Source of the DNA: Ktedonobacterales bacterium
GTDB lineage: Bacteria > Chloroflexota > Ktedonobacteria > Ktedonobacterales > JADMIN01
NCBI GenBank assembly: GCA_030167145.1
Contig: CP126532.1
Location: 3,870,001-3,902,000 of the forward strand
DNA length: 32,000 nt
Direction of reading: 5' to 3'
In this document: positions 7,255-15,346 of the stretch, piece by piece
Layout: the number at the start of each line of letters is the position of its first letter
Position numbering within the stretch: position 1 is the first letter of the stretch
The notes under the pieces: generated by a model
What the model saw: the letters and a program-made list of their open reading frames with translations, nothing else
The model's database searches: none
Told to the model about the DNA's origin: nothing
Made by a program: the position numbers and the translations under genes

Positions 7255-9072
7255 ATGGCGAAGCGAGTGAAACCCTCGAAGACCAAAGTGGCGCAACTGG
7301 GCCGGACACCGCGCCGGACGGAACAGGTGATCGCCGGTGGCATCCGTCCCCTGGTGGGCACGGCCAATACCGCCCACGCGGCGGATGCGCCGCTCATCGC
7401 CATCTGGCTGGATGCCGCCACCAACGCTGTACGCGCGGCGAAGCCCATCAAGCCGGGGCTGTCCCCGGATGAGACCTGGGGCGAGGCGTTGGATGCGCTC
7501 GCGGATGCCTGCCTCGCGCCGGTTCCTGGCCCGTTCATCGGCGGTGACTCCGACGATGAGTACGCGACAACGAATGGGATGCTATTTTCGCTGCCGGTGT
7601 CCTACCTGCCGGGGAAGATCATCGTCAACGACGAGGGGCTGGCGCAGGCGGCGCGGACTATCTTCGCGCCGCTTGGCGTGCCTATCGAATATAGCGCGTC
7701 ACCGCCCGGCTTCGATGCGGCGTATACGTCGCTCACCTCGTTCATGGGACTGGATGAGGAGCCGCCAGAGCCGTTCGCATGGAATGTGGATGAGGTGCTG
7801 TTGCAGCCACTCTACGCCGCCGCGCGCAAGTATTGGCAGGCGGCCCCATGGGAGATGCTGCCTGACCATCCGCCGGTGGAGGTTGCGCTCGGCGAGTTGG
7901 GGCCAGAGCGGGGCGTCGAGACGCTCTTCGGCGCGATCATCGGCGCGGGCGGCGAGGCGTTTGGCGTGGCGCTCTACTATTCGCTCGACGACTATCTGGA
8001 AAGCCTGGAGCGCGGGGCGGAACTGAGCGCGAACGACGCCGATGTGGATGAGATGATCGAGATGCTGCGCCAATCCGGAGCGCCAGTGGAAGGGCTGCCG
8101 CCGGAGGTGTTGCGCGGCGCGGTGGGGTCGCTGATGGGCAGGATGGACGCAAAGAGCGAAGGCGCGGCGGATAGCGAGGAAGAGGATGATGACCTGGATG
8201 ACGCGCATCTGCCCGATAACATCGCCCTGATCTTCATGGAAGCCAGGGAGACCGACCCCACCTATCTGGACTGGCTCAAAGCGCGCGGATTGAAATACCC
8301 ATCCCGCAAGGCGGTGCCGCAGTTCTTGCGCGTCAGTCCCGATCATGACCCGCGCGCGCTGACGAACCGCGAGGCGCAGGCGATGATGCTGTCGGTGGAG
8401 GCAATCACGGCTTTCACGCAGATCATGGCGCCGGTCTTCACGCAGGGCATGATGCCCGCCGAGCCGCTGACGCTGCCCATTTCCGTCAAGGAAGGCGACC
8501 AGACGCGGACGATCAGGGTGACGTTCCCGCCGCCGGGGCGCGACTGGTCCGAAGACTTCGCGACGGTGGATGAGGAGGTGGAGGAGCCGGAGCAGCCCGC
8601 GACCGAATCGGGGCGCGCGACGCTGTATCGCTTCAAGGTAACGCTGGAAGTGGACCCGCCGATCTGGCGGCGCATCGAGTTGCGCGGCGACCAGACGCTG
8701 CACGACCTGCACAGCGCGATTCAAGAGGCGTTCGAGTGGGATGACGACCATCTCTACGCCTTCTACCTCAGCGGCAAGTATTGGGATCGGACCACAGAGT
8801 ACGGCAGCCCGTTCAACGACGAGGAGCAGCGCAGCGCCGCTGGCTTCCGCCTGGAACATCTGCCGCTGACGCAGGGCCAGACGATTGGCTATATCTTCGA
8901 CTTCGGCGACGAGTGGCGGCACCGGGTGAAGCTGGAGAAGATCGTCCCCGACGGTGTGCGACCGAACGCTATCTTCCCGCGCATCACCGAGGTTCACGGC
9001 GACGCTGTGCCGCAATATCCCGACTACGACGAGGAAGATGATGAGGAGAAGGACGGCGAACCGGAAGAGTGA
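7255..9072 (+). CDS. PRiA4_ORF3 (plasmid pRiA4b ORF-3 / MM3350-like) domain protein with a large uncharacterised N-terminal region
   Basis: GAGGAGG lies 5 nt before the ATG at 7255. The C-terminal part, LYRFKVTLEVDPPIWRRIELRGDQTLHDLHSAIQEAFEWDDDHLYAFYL...IFDFGDEWRHRVKLEKI, matches my recollection of the PF07929 signature. The N-terminal part contains APWEML...LFGAIIGAGGEAFGVALYYSLDDY, which is typical of uncharacterised DUFs. There are acidic runs in the middle and at the C-terminus. Confidence 0.75.
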   Translation: MAKRVKPSKTKVAQLGRTPRRTEQVIAGGIRPLVGTANTAHAADAPLIAIWLDAATNAVRAAKPIKPGLSPDETWGEALDALADACLAPVPGPFIGGDSDDEYATTNGMLFSLPVSYLPGKIIVNDEGLAQAARTIFAPLGVPIEYSASPPGFDAAYTSLTSFMGLDEEPPEPFAWNVDEVLLQPLYAAARKYWQAAPWEMLPDHPPVEVALGELGPERGVETLFGAIIGAGGEAFGVALYYSLDDYLESLERGAELSANDADVDEMIEMLRQSGAPVEGLPPEVLRGAVGSLMGRMDAKSEGAADSEEEDDDLDDAHLPDNIALIFMEARETDPTYLDWLKARGLKYPSRKAVPQFLRVSPDHDPRALTNREAQAMMLSVEAITAFTQIMAPVFTQGMMPAEPLTLPISVKEGDQTRTIRVTFPPPGRDWSEDFATVDEEVEEPEQPATESGRATLYRFKVTLEVDPPIWRRIELRGDQTLHDLHSAIQEAFEWDDDHLYAFYLSGKYWDRTTEYGSPFNDEEQRSAAGFRLEHLPLTQGQTIGYIFDFGDEWRHRVKLEKIVPDGVRPNAIFPRITEVHGDAVPQYPDYDEEDDEEKDGEPEE

Positions 9073-9079
9073 GGTGAAC

Positions 9080-10192
9080 TTACTCCATGACGCCTTCGCG
9101 GGTTTCGGCGATGAGTTGGTCTACGACGGCTTTGAGGTCGCCGGTGCGGGCGTAGGTAGCGAGCTGGCGGTCGGCGCTGGTGCCTTCGTCGAGGATGCGA
9201 TAGGCGTACTCGACCTCTTTGCGTGTGCCTAGCTCGTCTAGCACGTCATCCAGGAACCATTCAATCATCTCGCGGATCAGGTCGCGGGCGGGGAACTCTT
9301 CCTGTTTGCCGAAGTCTATCAGCTTGCCATCCAGGCCATAGCGGACCGCGCGCCACTTGTTCTCCTCGATCAGTTCCATCGGATAGACGCGGAAGGTCAG
9401 GTTGTCGCGGCGCAGCTTCCAGAGTTTGGCGATCAACGCCTGGAAGAGCGCGGCGATGCAGACCGCTTCATCTACGCGGGTGCAGACATCGCAGATACGC
9501 ACCTCCAGCGTGGGATAGCGGTGGTTGGGGCGGATGTCCCACCAGATTTTGGTGCCGTCCTGGATGGAGCGGGTACGCGCCAGGGTATCTACCAGATAGG
9601 TGAAGTCGGCCCAGGAAGCGAAGGTGCGCGGGATGCCGCTGCGTGGGAAGTTGCGGAAAATGACGCTGCGATAGGATTTCAGGCCGGTCTTGCGGCCAAT
9701 CCAGAACGGCGAACTGGTGGAGAGGAGCAGCAGGTGCGGCAGCAGGTAGCGCACGACGTTCATCGCGTCTATCATGAACTCGCGGTCTTCGATGCCGATG
9801 TGGACGTGGGTGCCGAAGATGAGCAGTTGGCGGGCGAGGTCTTGCATATCCTCTTGCACGCCAAGGTAGCGCTCGAACGGCGTGATCTCCTGGGTCATCC
9901 ATGAGGAGAACGGGTGCGTGCCAGCGGCGGCGATACGCATGCCCTTCTTCTCTGAGACTTCGATGATGCCGCGTCGCAGGCGGATCAGTTCGCGTTTCAC
10001 GTCGGCGGGGGTCTGGCAGATTTCGGTGCCGATCTCGACGATGGATTGATGCAACTCCGGCTTGACCGCCTCGCGCAGCACGAGCCTGCCTTCCTCCAGA
10101 ATCTCGGTGATGAAGGAGCGTAGCTCGCGGGTTTCGGGGTCAATGATCTGGTACTCTTCTTCGACGCCAATCGTCAGGGATGGAGGTTGCAT
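9080..10192 (-). CDS. Carboxylate-amine ligase, YbdK / glutamate-cysteine ligase family 2 (GCS2)
   Basis: GAGGAG lies upstream of the ATG at 10192. The N-terminus [21 protein letters not shown] and the length of 370 aa are typical of YbdK-type ligases. Confidence 0.85.
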   Translation of the reverse strand: MQPPSLTIGVEEEYQIIDPETRELRSFITEILEEGRLVLREAVKPELHQSIVEIGTEICQTPADVKRELIRLRRGIIEVSEKKGMRIAAAGTHPFSSWMTQEITPFERYLGVQEDMQDLARQLLIFGTHVHIGIEDREFMIDAMNVVRYLLPHLLLLSTSSPFWIGRKTGLKSYRSVIFRNFPRSGIPRTFASWADFTYLVDTLARTRSIQDGTKIWWDIRPNHRYPTLEVRICDVCTRVDEAVCIAALFQALIAKLWKLRRDNLTFRVYPMELIEENKWRAVRYGLDGKLIDFGKQEEFPARDLIREMIEWFLDDVLDELGTRKEVEYAYRILDEGTSADRQLATYARTGDLKAVVDQLIAETREGVME

Positions 10193-10223
10193 CGTCTGGC
10201 TCCTCGTCTACGTCAACTCAGCA

Positions 10224-11612
10224 TCAACGCGGTTCCACGATAAAGGTTGGCACCGTCGAGCCGCCGCCCGCCGTCACGTTCACCAGCGCCAGCGTGGAGA
10301 GCCGCGTGAGCGAGCCATCCACATAGGCGCCGCCGAAGACGAAGGGGGCGGTATCGAGAATGCGGTCGAAGATGTGTAGCGTGCCGTCTACCAGCGTCGG
10401 GTACGGCTCGCTGGGGATAGCGACGCGCTCCTGCACGACGAACGGCTCAGTGAGGGCCGTTTGTACCGCGCGCTCCCACTCGTCGGCGGGCGTCTCCCAG
10501 CCCAAGTAGATGCCCTTGCCGCCGTACTCGTCGTTGGCCTTCAGCACCAGCCGCTCGCGCTGCGCCAGGATGAAGGGCACGAGGTCTACCGACTGGCCAG
10601 CGTAGTCGGTGCGGCCCTCCTCGGAACGGCTCGGAGGGGCCGCTGTGCGGCGCTCGGTGACGACGCGGGTCCAGGGGATGTGCGCGGCGATGGCGCGCTG
10701 CTCGTCGGCGGAGAAGAGATGCGCGTTGCGCTCGTCGCTGAGTACGGCGAGGCTGGCCTTTTTGTGCAAGATCTTGCAGCGGAAGGGATTGACCATGCAG
10801 ACCGCGCCATCGCGCACGGCGCGGACGACTGGCGAATCCATGCCCGCGCGCTCGATGAGTTCGCTGATGAGCACGCGCTTGTAGATCAGAGTGATATGAA
10901 AGTCGCCAGCTATGAGTTTGCCGTCGCGATACTCCACGGCGCGCGGGTCGGCGGTGATGGTCGGGTAGCCGTGGGCGTTGAAGTAATCGGCGAAGAGGAG
11001 GTGTTCGCTGTAGGTGGGCACTTCGCGCCAGTCCAGAATGGCGATCTGCGGCGTCTCGGTGCTGCGGCCCCATTGCTCGTAGGAGGTGAGCAGTGCGTGG
11101 AGGACGTTGTGGCGCGCGGGAAGCGGGCGCACGGCGTAGTCGCGCAGGAAGTCGCGCATGATGGGCAGCGGCAGGAAGACTTCGGTGAGCACGTCGTTGT
11201 AGGCGGGGGCGGCGGGCGTTTCCGCGTTGTACTCGACCATCTTCAGTTCGCTGGCGTCGTCGTTGAGGAAGGTATCGAGGCGTCCGGTGGGGCTGGGTTG
11301 CCCGAAGCCAGGGTCTTGGGCGATGAGTTCTTCTTCCCAGGGCAGCAAGCCGAACTGGGCGCGGATGCCAGTATCGGCGAGTGCGGCGCGATACGCCTTC
11401 TGGAAGGCGCTGAGCAGTGGGCGGGTCTCGCGCTGGAGGGTGGCGTATTGCTGTGGGGTGAGGAAGCGCGGGCGCAGCACGGAGCAGAGCGGGCGCTCAC
11501 CGAAGAAGAGGCCACGACGGCGCATCTGCTCGTCAAGCTGGCCTTGCGTCTCGGCGGCACGGTCGCTGGTGAGCAGATCGTGATAGGCGGCGATGATGTC
11601 GCGCAGCGCCAT
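10224..11612 (-). CDS. ATP-grasp-type amidoligase (circularly permuted / glutathionylspermidine-synthase-like class)
   Basis: AGGAGG lies upstream of the ATG at 11612. Contains LVLKANDEYGGKGIYLGWE and FVVQERV (an ATP-grasp-like nucleotide-binding core), plus MVEYNAETPAA and NPFRCKILHKKASLAVLSDE. The subfamily assignment is from memory only. Confidence 0.65.
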   Translation of the reverse strand: MALRDIIAAYHDLLTSDRAAETQGQLDEQMRRRGLFFGERPLCSVLRPRFLTPQQYATLQRETRPLLSAFQKAYRAALADTGIRAQFGLLPWEEELIAQDPGFGQPSPTGRLDTFLNDDASELKMVEYNAETPAAPAYNDVLTEVFLPLPIMRDFLRDYAVRPLPARHNVLHALLTSYEQWGRSTETPQIAILDWREVPTYSEHLLFADYFNAHGYPTITADPRAVEYRDGKLIAGDFHITLIYKRVLISELIERAGMDSPVVRAVRDGAVCMVNPFRCKILHKKASLAVLSDERNAHLFSADEQRAIAAHIPWTRVVTERRTAAPPSRSEEGRTDYAGQSVDLVPFILAQRERLVLKANDEYGGKGIYLGWETPADEWERAVQTALTEPFVVQERVAIPSEPYPTLVDGTLHIFDRILDTAPFVFGGAYVDGSLTRLSTLALVNVTAGGGSTVPTFIVEPR

Positions 11613-11647
11613 GGCAGTCCTCCTATCCCATGTCAGAAAGCGGGCGG

Positions 11648-11687
11648 TTGAAACCGCGCGACGGGCGCACGCCGTGCGCCCCTACAG
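11648..11687 (+). repeat. Composite REP element: TTGAAACCGCGCGAC module plus hairpin variant GGGCGCACGCCGTGCGCCCCTAC
   Basis: The 5' module is identical to 19165-19179. The stem is changed from TCC/GGA to CAC/GTG, so pairing is preserved. Confidence 0.85.
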
Positions 11688-11723
11688 ATGGAGTGCCGCC
11701 GCGAAACCAGCCTGCGCGGGTTA

Positions 11724-11747
11724 GGGGCAGACAGGAATGTCTGTCTC
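11724..11747 (+). repeat. Second hairpin repeat family (GGGCAGACAGGAATGTC core), copy 2
   Basis: GGGGCAGACAGGAATGTCTGTCTC, with a CAGACA/TGTCTG stem and GGAA loop. It is preceded by TTAGGGGC, as is the copy near 6737. Confidence 0.7.
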
Positions 11748-11813
11748 ACTAGAAGCTGAGGGTTGATGTATTCGCCTTGCATATTGACCTCCGATTTTCC
11801 GCCGTTGTGGAAC

Positions 11814-11837
11814 GGGCGAGGCGGGCCTCGCGCCTAC
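11814..11837 (+). repeat. REP-like hairpin, AGG/CCT stem variant (one mismatch)
   Basis: GGGCGAGGCGGGCCTCGCGCCTAC. Its CTA at 11834-11836 supplies the stop codon (TAG on the - strand) of the ATP-grasp gene. Confidence 0.75.
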
Positions 11838-12784
11838 GAGATTTCCGGTTGCCAGGCGCGGTCGCTGGCGAGCAGGCTGCTCCAGCGCGTCTCGCGCAGT
11901 TGTGGGCGCGGGTGCGTGGCCAGGCGGATGGCCATGTCGGCCATGTGGGTGACGGCCCACTCGAAGTAGTGCGGGGTGAGCGAATAGATGTCCATGTCGG
12001 GGGCGGGATTCATGAAGTCTATGGCGTAGGGCACGCCGTCGCGGATGGCCCACTCCATCGAGTCCATGTCGTAGCCGAGCGCGCGTACGAGGGTAAGGGA
12101 GTCGCGAACGATTTGCGCGCCAAGCTCCGGCGTGAGGTGGTCGTGCTCGACGTGGTATTTGCGCTCGCGTGGGTCGTACTTGATGGGCATGACCTCTTCC
12201 TGGCCGAGGCAGATGCAGCGCACGAACTGGTCCCACTCAATGAATTCTTGCACGACCATGGTGAGCAGGCCGGAGTGGTCGTAGTGGTGGATCAGTTCGT
12301 CGAGCGAGTGGCAGATGTAGACTTCTTTCCAGCCGCCGCCGTGGGCGTCTTTGAGGACGCAGGGCAGGCCGATGTAGTCTATCAAGGCCTGCCAGTCTAC
12401 ATGCTTGAGGTTGCGGAGGCTGTCGGGGTGGACGATTCCGGGGACGTAGTCTTTGTTGGGGAGGGCGACGGTTTTGGGGCTGGCGACGCCGAGTTTGGTG
12501 GCGAGCGAGGCTTCGAAGAACTTGTCGTCGGCGGTCCACATGAAGGGATTGTTGACGACGGTGACGCCTTGCAGCACGGCATGTTTGAGGTAGGTGCGGT
12601 AGTAGGGAACTTCGTGGGAGATGCGGTCAATGATGACGGCGTAGTCGCAGGGTTCATCCATGCTGACGGCGCCGATCTCGACCAGTTCGGCAACGACGCC
12701 CTGGTCGCGTTTGTTGACTTCCTCGATGAAGGCGGGCGGGAAGGACCATTCTCGTCCGACGAAGAGACCGACCTTCAATGCCAT
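11834..12784 (-). CDS. ATP-grasp domain protein (RimK-like amidoligase)
   Basis: ATG at 12784 is preceded by GAAGGTGA. The listed GTG at 12793 lies inside that RBS. The core PCVLKDAHGGGWKEVYICHSLDELIHHYDHSGLLTMVVQEFIEWDQFVRCICLG has the ATP-grasp K...GG...V...QEFI pattern. Confidence 0.7.
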   Translation of the reverse strand: MALKVGLFVGREWSFPPAFIEEVNKRDQGVVAELVEIGAVSMDEPCDYAVIIDRISHEVPYYRTYLKHAVLQGVTVVNNPFMWTADDKFFEASLATKLGVASPKTVALPNKDYVPGIVHPDSLRNLKHVDWQALIDYIGLPCVLKDAHGGGWKEVYICHSLDELIHHYDHSGLLTMVVQEFIEWDQFVRCICLGQEEVMPIKYDPRERKYHVEHDHLTPELGAQIVRDSLTLVRALGYDMDSMEWAIRDGVPYAIDFMNPAPDMDIYSLTPHYFEWAVTHMADMAIRLATHPRPQLRETRWSSLLASDRAWQPEIS

Positions 12785-12803
12785 GGGTGTCACCTTCGCT
12801 TTC

Positions 12804-12907
12804 GGGCGTCCGCCGGACGCCCCTACGGATGCGATTGCGGGCGTCTGCCGGACGCCCCTACAATGCGATCACTTCGTTCAGACGGGCGAGGCGGGCCTCG
12901 CCCCTAC
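12804..12907 (+). repeat. Cluster of three REP-like hairpins in a single 137-bp intergenic gap
   Basis: Copies are GGGCGTCCGCCGGACGCCCCTAC (12804-12826), GGGCGTCTGCCGGACGCCCCTAC (12839-12861) and GGGCGAGGCGGGCCTCGCCCCTAC (12884-12907). All three are in the same orientation. Confidence 0.9.
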
Positions 12908-12930
12908 ACTGCTACAGTGCGACACTGCAT

Positions 12931-13650
12931 TCAGTCGTGGCCGCCGATGTAGCGTTGGACCATCTGCCGCCACCAGGGCCAGTCGTGCGCCCAGCCATCC
13001 CAGATGCGCAGGGCGTGCCAGATGTCTTTGCTCCACAGCAGGCCAGAGAGATATTCGTTGTTGCCGCAGGCGCGGTCGTCGCGCCCGATGGCGAGGATGA
13101 TGTCGAGATGGCGAAGCGCGGCCACGCGGGCCGGGTCGTGCTCGTTGGGGATGTAGGCGCAGGGATTGTTGAAGTAGACGGCGTCGTCGGAATAGCCGTC
13201 TACAAAGCTGGCGATGTCGTAGAGGCCGCTCATGCCGAGCGCGCGGTCTACCACGTCGGGGTGGCGGAAGGCGAAGTTGATGGCATGATAGGCGCCGAAG
13301 CTGGCGCCGGTGGCGATGAGGTAGGGGTTGTTGTTCTGCGTTTTGGTGAAGGGCAGCACTTCGTCGTGCAGGTAGGCATCGTACTGGTTGTGGCGTGCGG
13401 CGCGTTCGGCGGGGGGACGGCCTTTGGCGTACCAGCTTTCTTCGTCCACGCTATCCACGCAGAAAAGTTGTAACTGCCCCTGCTCTAGCTGTTCGCCCAA
13501 GGCTTCGATCACGCCGAAATCTTCCCACTGGAAGTAGCGGCCCATGGAGGTGGGGAAGGCGAGCACGCGCGCGCCCGCGTGACCGAAGCTGAGCAGTTCC
13601 ATGTCGCGGCTCAGGGCCGGGCTGAACCATTTGGTATATTCTCGCCGCAT
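12931..13650 (-). CDS. Esterase / alpha-beta hydrolase (putative esterase family)
   Basis: ATG at 13650 (MRREYTKWFSP...) is preceded by GGAGGTGA. The 93-aa N-terminal extension of the listed ORF has no RBS and atypical composition. GASFG forms a nucleophile elbow (GxSxG). Confidence 0.75.
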   Translation of the reverse strand: MRREYTKWFSPALSRDMELLSFGHAGARVLAFPTSMGRYFQWEDFGVIEALGEQLEQGQLQLFCVDSVDEESWYAKGRPPAERAARHNQYDAYLHDEVLPFTKTQNNNPYLIATGASFGAYHAINFAFRHPDVVDRALGMSGLYDIASFVDGYSDDAVYFNNPCAYIPNEHDPARVAALRHLDIILAIGRDDRACGNNEYLSGLLWSKDIWHALRIWDGWAHDWPWWRQMVQRYIGGHD

Positions 13651-13735
13651 GCGCGCCTCACCTCCCCGCGTCACATCCGCGCTTGCCGGTGGATTTATGG
13701 GTGTATGGGCATGGTATGCCACAGAAGCGGAGCTG

Positions 13736-14356
13736 TCAATCGGCGGAGGGGTGGACAGCGGGAACGTATCCTGCCGCAATCGTGCGCGCCGTGGCGTGTG
13801 GCGTGAGAACGGGTACCTCGCCATACGCTGGACGTGGCTGGCGCTGGTCATATCCGCTTGCCGTCCAGTGAAGCAACGCCGATTGCCAGAGCAGCCACGC
13901 TTCACCCTGATGGAGAACGAAGACGCCATCGGCGAGGGAGGCGATATCAGCGCGGTAGACCCTCTTCACGCCTGGGGCCGTCAGGCGGTCCTGGTGCAAT
14001 TGGGCATCTATCTGGTCGGCGGACGGGAGTATGCTGGAGGAGCCGTCGGGCATGGCGGCCCAGCAGCGCCGAAATTGCTGGTAATCCGGGTGGCGGCACT
14101 CGGCGCAGGGGCGGTGCCCGGCTGCGAGGGCGGTCGCTTCGTCGAGAAAGAACAGTTCGGTGTAGAGGCCGGGCTGCATGACGGCGCGATGGCGTCCACG
14201 AAATTCCAGGACGCACACGATCCAGCGCCGCCCCTGATTGTAGCGTACAATCTGCTGGCGGTGATTGTGCAGCACGCCGCGATTACCGAACATCAGTCCG
14301 CGTTCGGGGGTGGCGATGAGATCACCGAAGGGCGTAACGCGGTTTTGTAGCGGCAT
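13736..14356 (-). CDS. Conserved hypothetical protein with an Ada-like AAGHRPCAECR cysteine motif
   Basis: AAGGAG lies upstream of the ATG at 14356. Codon usage is GC3-rich and coherent. It is the only long ORF here that is not shadowed by a better gene. Confidence 0.65.
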   Translation of the reverse strand: MPLQNRVTPFGDLIATPERGLMFGNRGVLHNHRQQIVRYNQGRRWIVCVLEFRGRHRAVMQPGLYTELFFLDEATALAAGHRPCAECRHPDYQQFRRCWAAMPDGSSSILPSADQIDAQLHQDRLTAPGVKRVYRADIASLADGVFVLHQGEAWLLWQSALLHWTASGYDQRQPRPAYGEVPVLTPHATARTIAAGYVPAVHPSAD

Positions 14357-14620
14357 CCGAAACTCCTTGCACGTAATGAAGAAGCTAGGGAGCTCGTAGC
14401 ATAAATGCCACGGATAATCCCGCGCGGGCGAGTGGTATGGAGGGCGAGCGGGTGGTAAAGGAAGCTCTCGGCATGAATGCCGCGGCTAATCCTGCTCTTG
14501 CGTCTGTCGCGTGATTCAGCGGTTGTTCTCTTGGTATGGGATGAGCCACTGGCCTTCAGGCTGACGACCTGCCATACACCTATCGTGCCCAGCGCGGGAA
14601 TCCAGTGCGGGTGATAACAG

Positions 14621-15160
14621 CTATTCGGTGAGGATGGGCCGGGTGAGGATGGCGAGATTCTGACGCCACGGGCCGACGGCATCGGCGTATTGGCGCGACA
14701 TGACTTCGACGATCTGGCCAATGTGGTTGAGGTCGTGAACGACCCAGGTAGCGAGCAATTGGCTCAGCGTGACGGTTCCCAGCGCGGGATGCGTGCCCTT
14801 GAGGGTAAGTTGTTCCGGGGTGATGTGTAGCTCGTCGAGCGCCGCCAGATTGTTCGTGCGGGCCTGCGCGAAGGCGGTGAGGAGCTGGTCGAGTGAGGCG
14901 TCCTGATATTTCTCGAACATGGCGGTGCGGTCGAAGGAGTCGAAGGGGCGCGTCTCGCCGTGATCGAGGATGTTGCGGGCGCGTGCAATCCAGTTGGCCT
15001 CTTCGCCATGCAGCAGGTGGCCGACGATGTCGTAGGCGCTCCAGGTATCCTGCCCCTCGGTACTGCGGGTCCACGCATCGGGTAATCCGCGCAGCAGCGC
15101 CGCGAGGGTGGCTGGCGTGCGGCGCAGAATCGCGACAGCTTCGTCGTACTGGTACTCCAT
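14621..15160 (-). CDS. DinB-family (DinB_2-like) metal-dependent protein
   Basis: ATG at 15160 (MEYQYDEAVAILRRTPATL...) is preceded by AAGGGAG. Histidines are placed as in the four-helix DinB fold (DIVGHLLHGE, VVHDLNHIGQI). Confidence 0.8.
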   Translation of the reverse strand: MEYQYDEAVAILRRTPATLAALLRGLPDAWTRSTEGQDTWSAYDIVGHLLHGEEANWIARARNILDHGETRPFDSFDRTAMFEKYQDASLDQLLTAFAQARTNNLAALDELHITPEQLTLKGTHPALGTVTLSQLLATWVVHDLNHIGQIVEVMSRQYADAVGPWRQNLAILTRPILTE

Positions 15161-15346
15161 GGGTGATCTGCTCCCTTCGCTGGTGATTCGGTAGCGTGCG
15201 CCACCGCGATCACGGGCCATCGCTATTGTACCCGATGCGCGCCACCCTTGTCCGCCTCGCCCGGCTACCCATCTCATCTCCCCAGAAGACCGTACACAGA
15301 AATCACTTGTGAGGTGCGGGACGCGAACGCAAGTAGGTGTTGGGCG

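Noticed and set aside
1696-12952. Many long ORFs antisense to or out of frame with the called genes (for example 1696-2385, 3734-4423, 4407-5390, 5980-6780, 7699-9015, 10461-11651 and 11777-12952)
   Set aside because: These are typical stop-codon-poor shadow frames of high-GC DNA. Their translations are Arg/Pro/Ala/Gly-rich low-complexity sequence without motifs. They lack SD sequences and overlap genes with clear family signatures.
12931-13929. N-terminal extensions of listed ORFs: esterase to 13929, DinB to 15277, channel from 19123, PRiA4 from 7141, SDR from 1987, crotonase from 2876
   Set aside because: In each case an internal start with a clear SD gives a protein beginning where family similarity begins. 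The extensions cross REP elements or overlap upstream genes.
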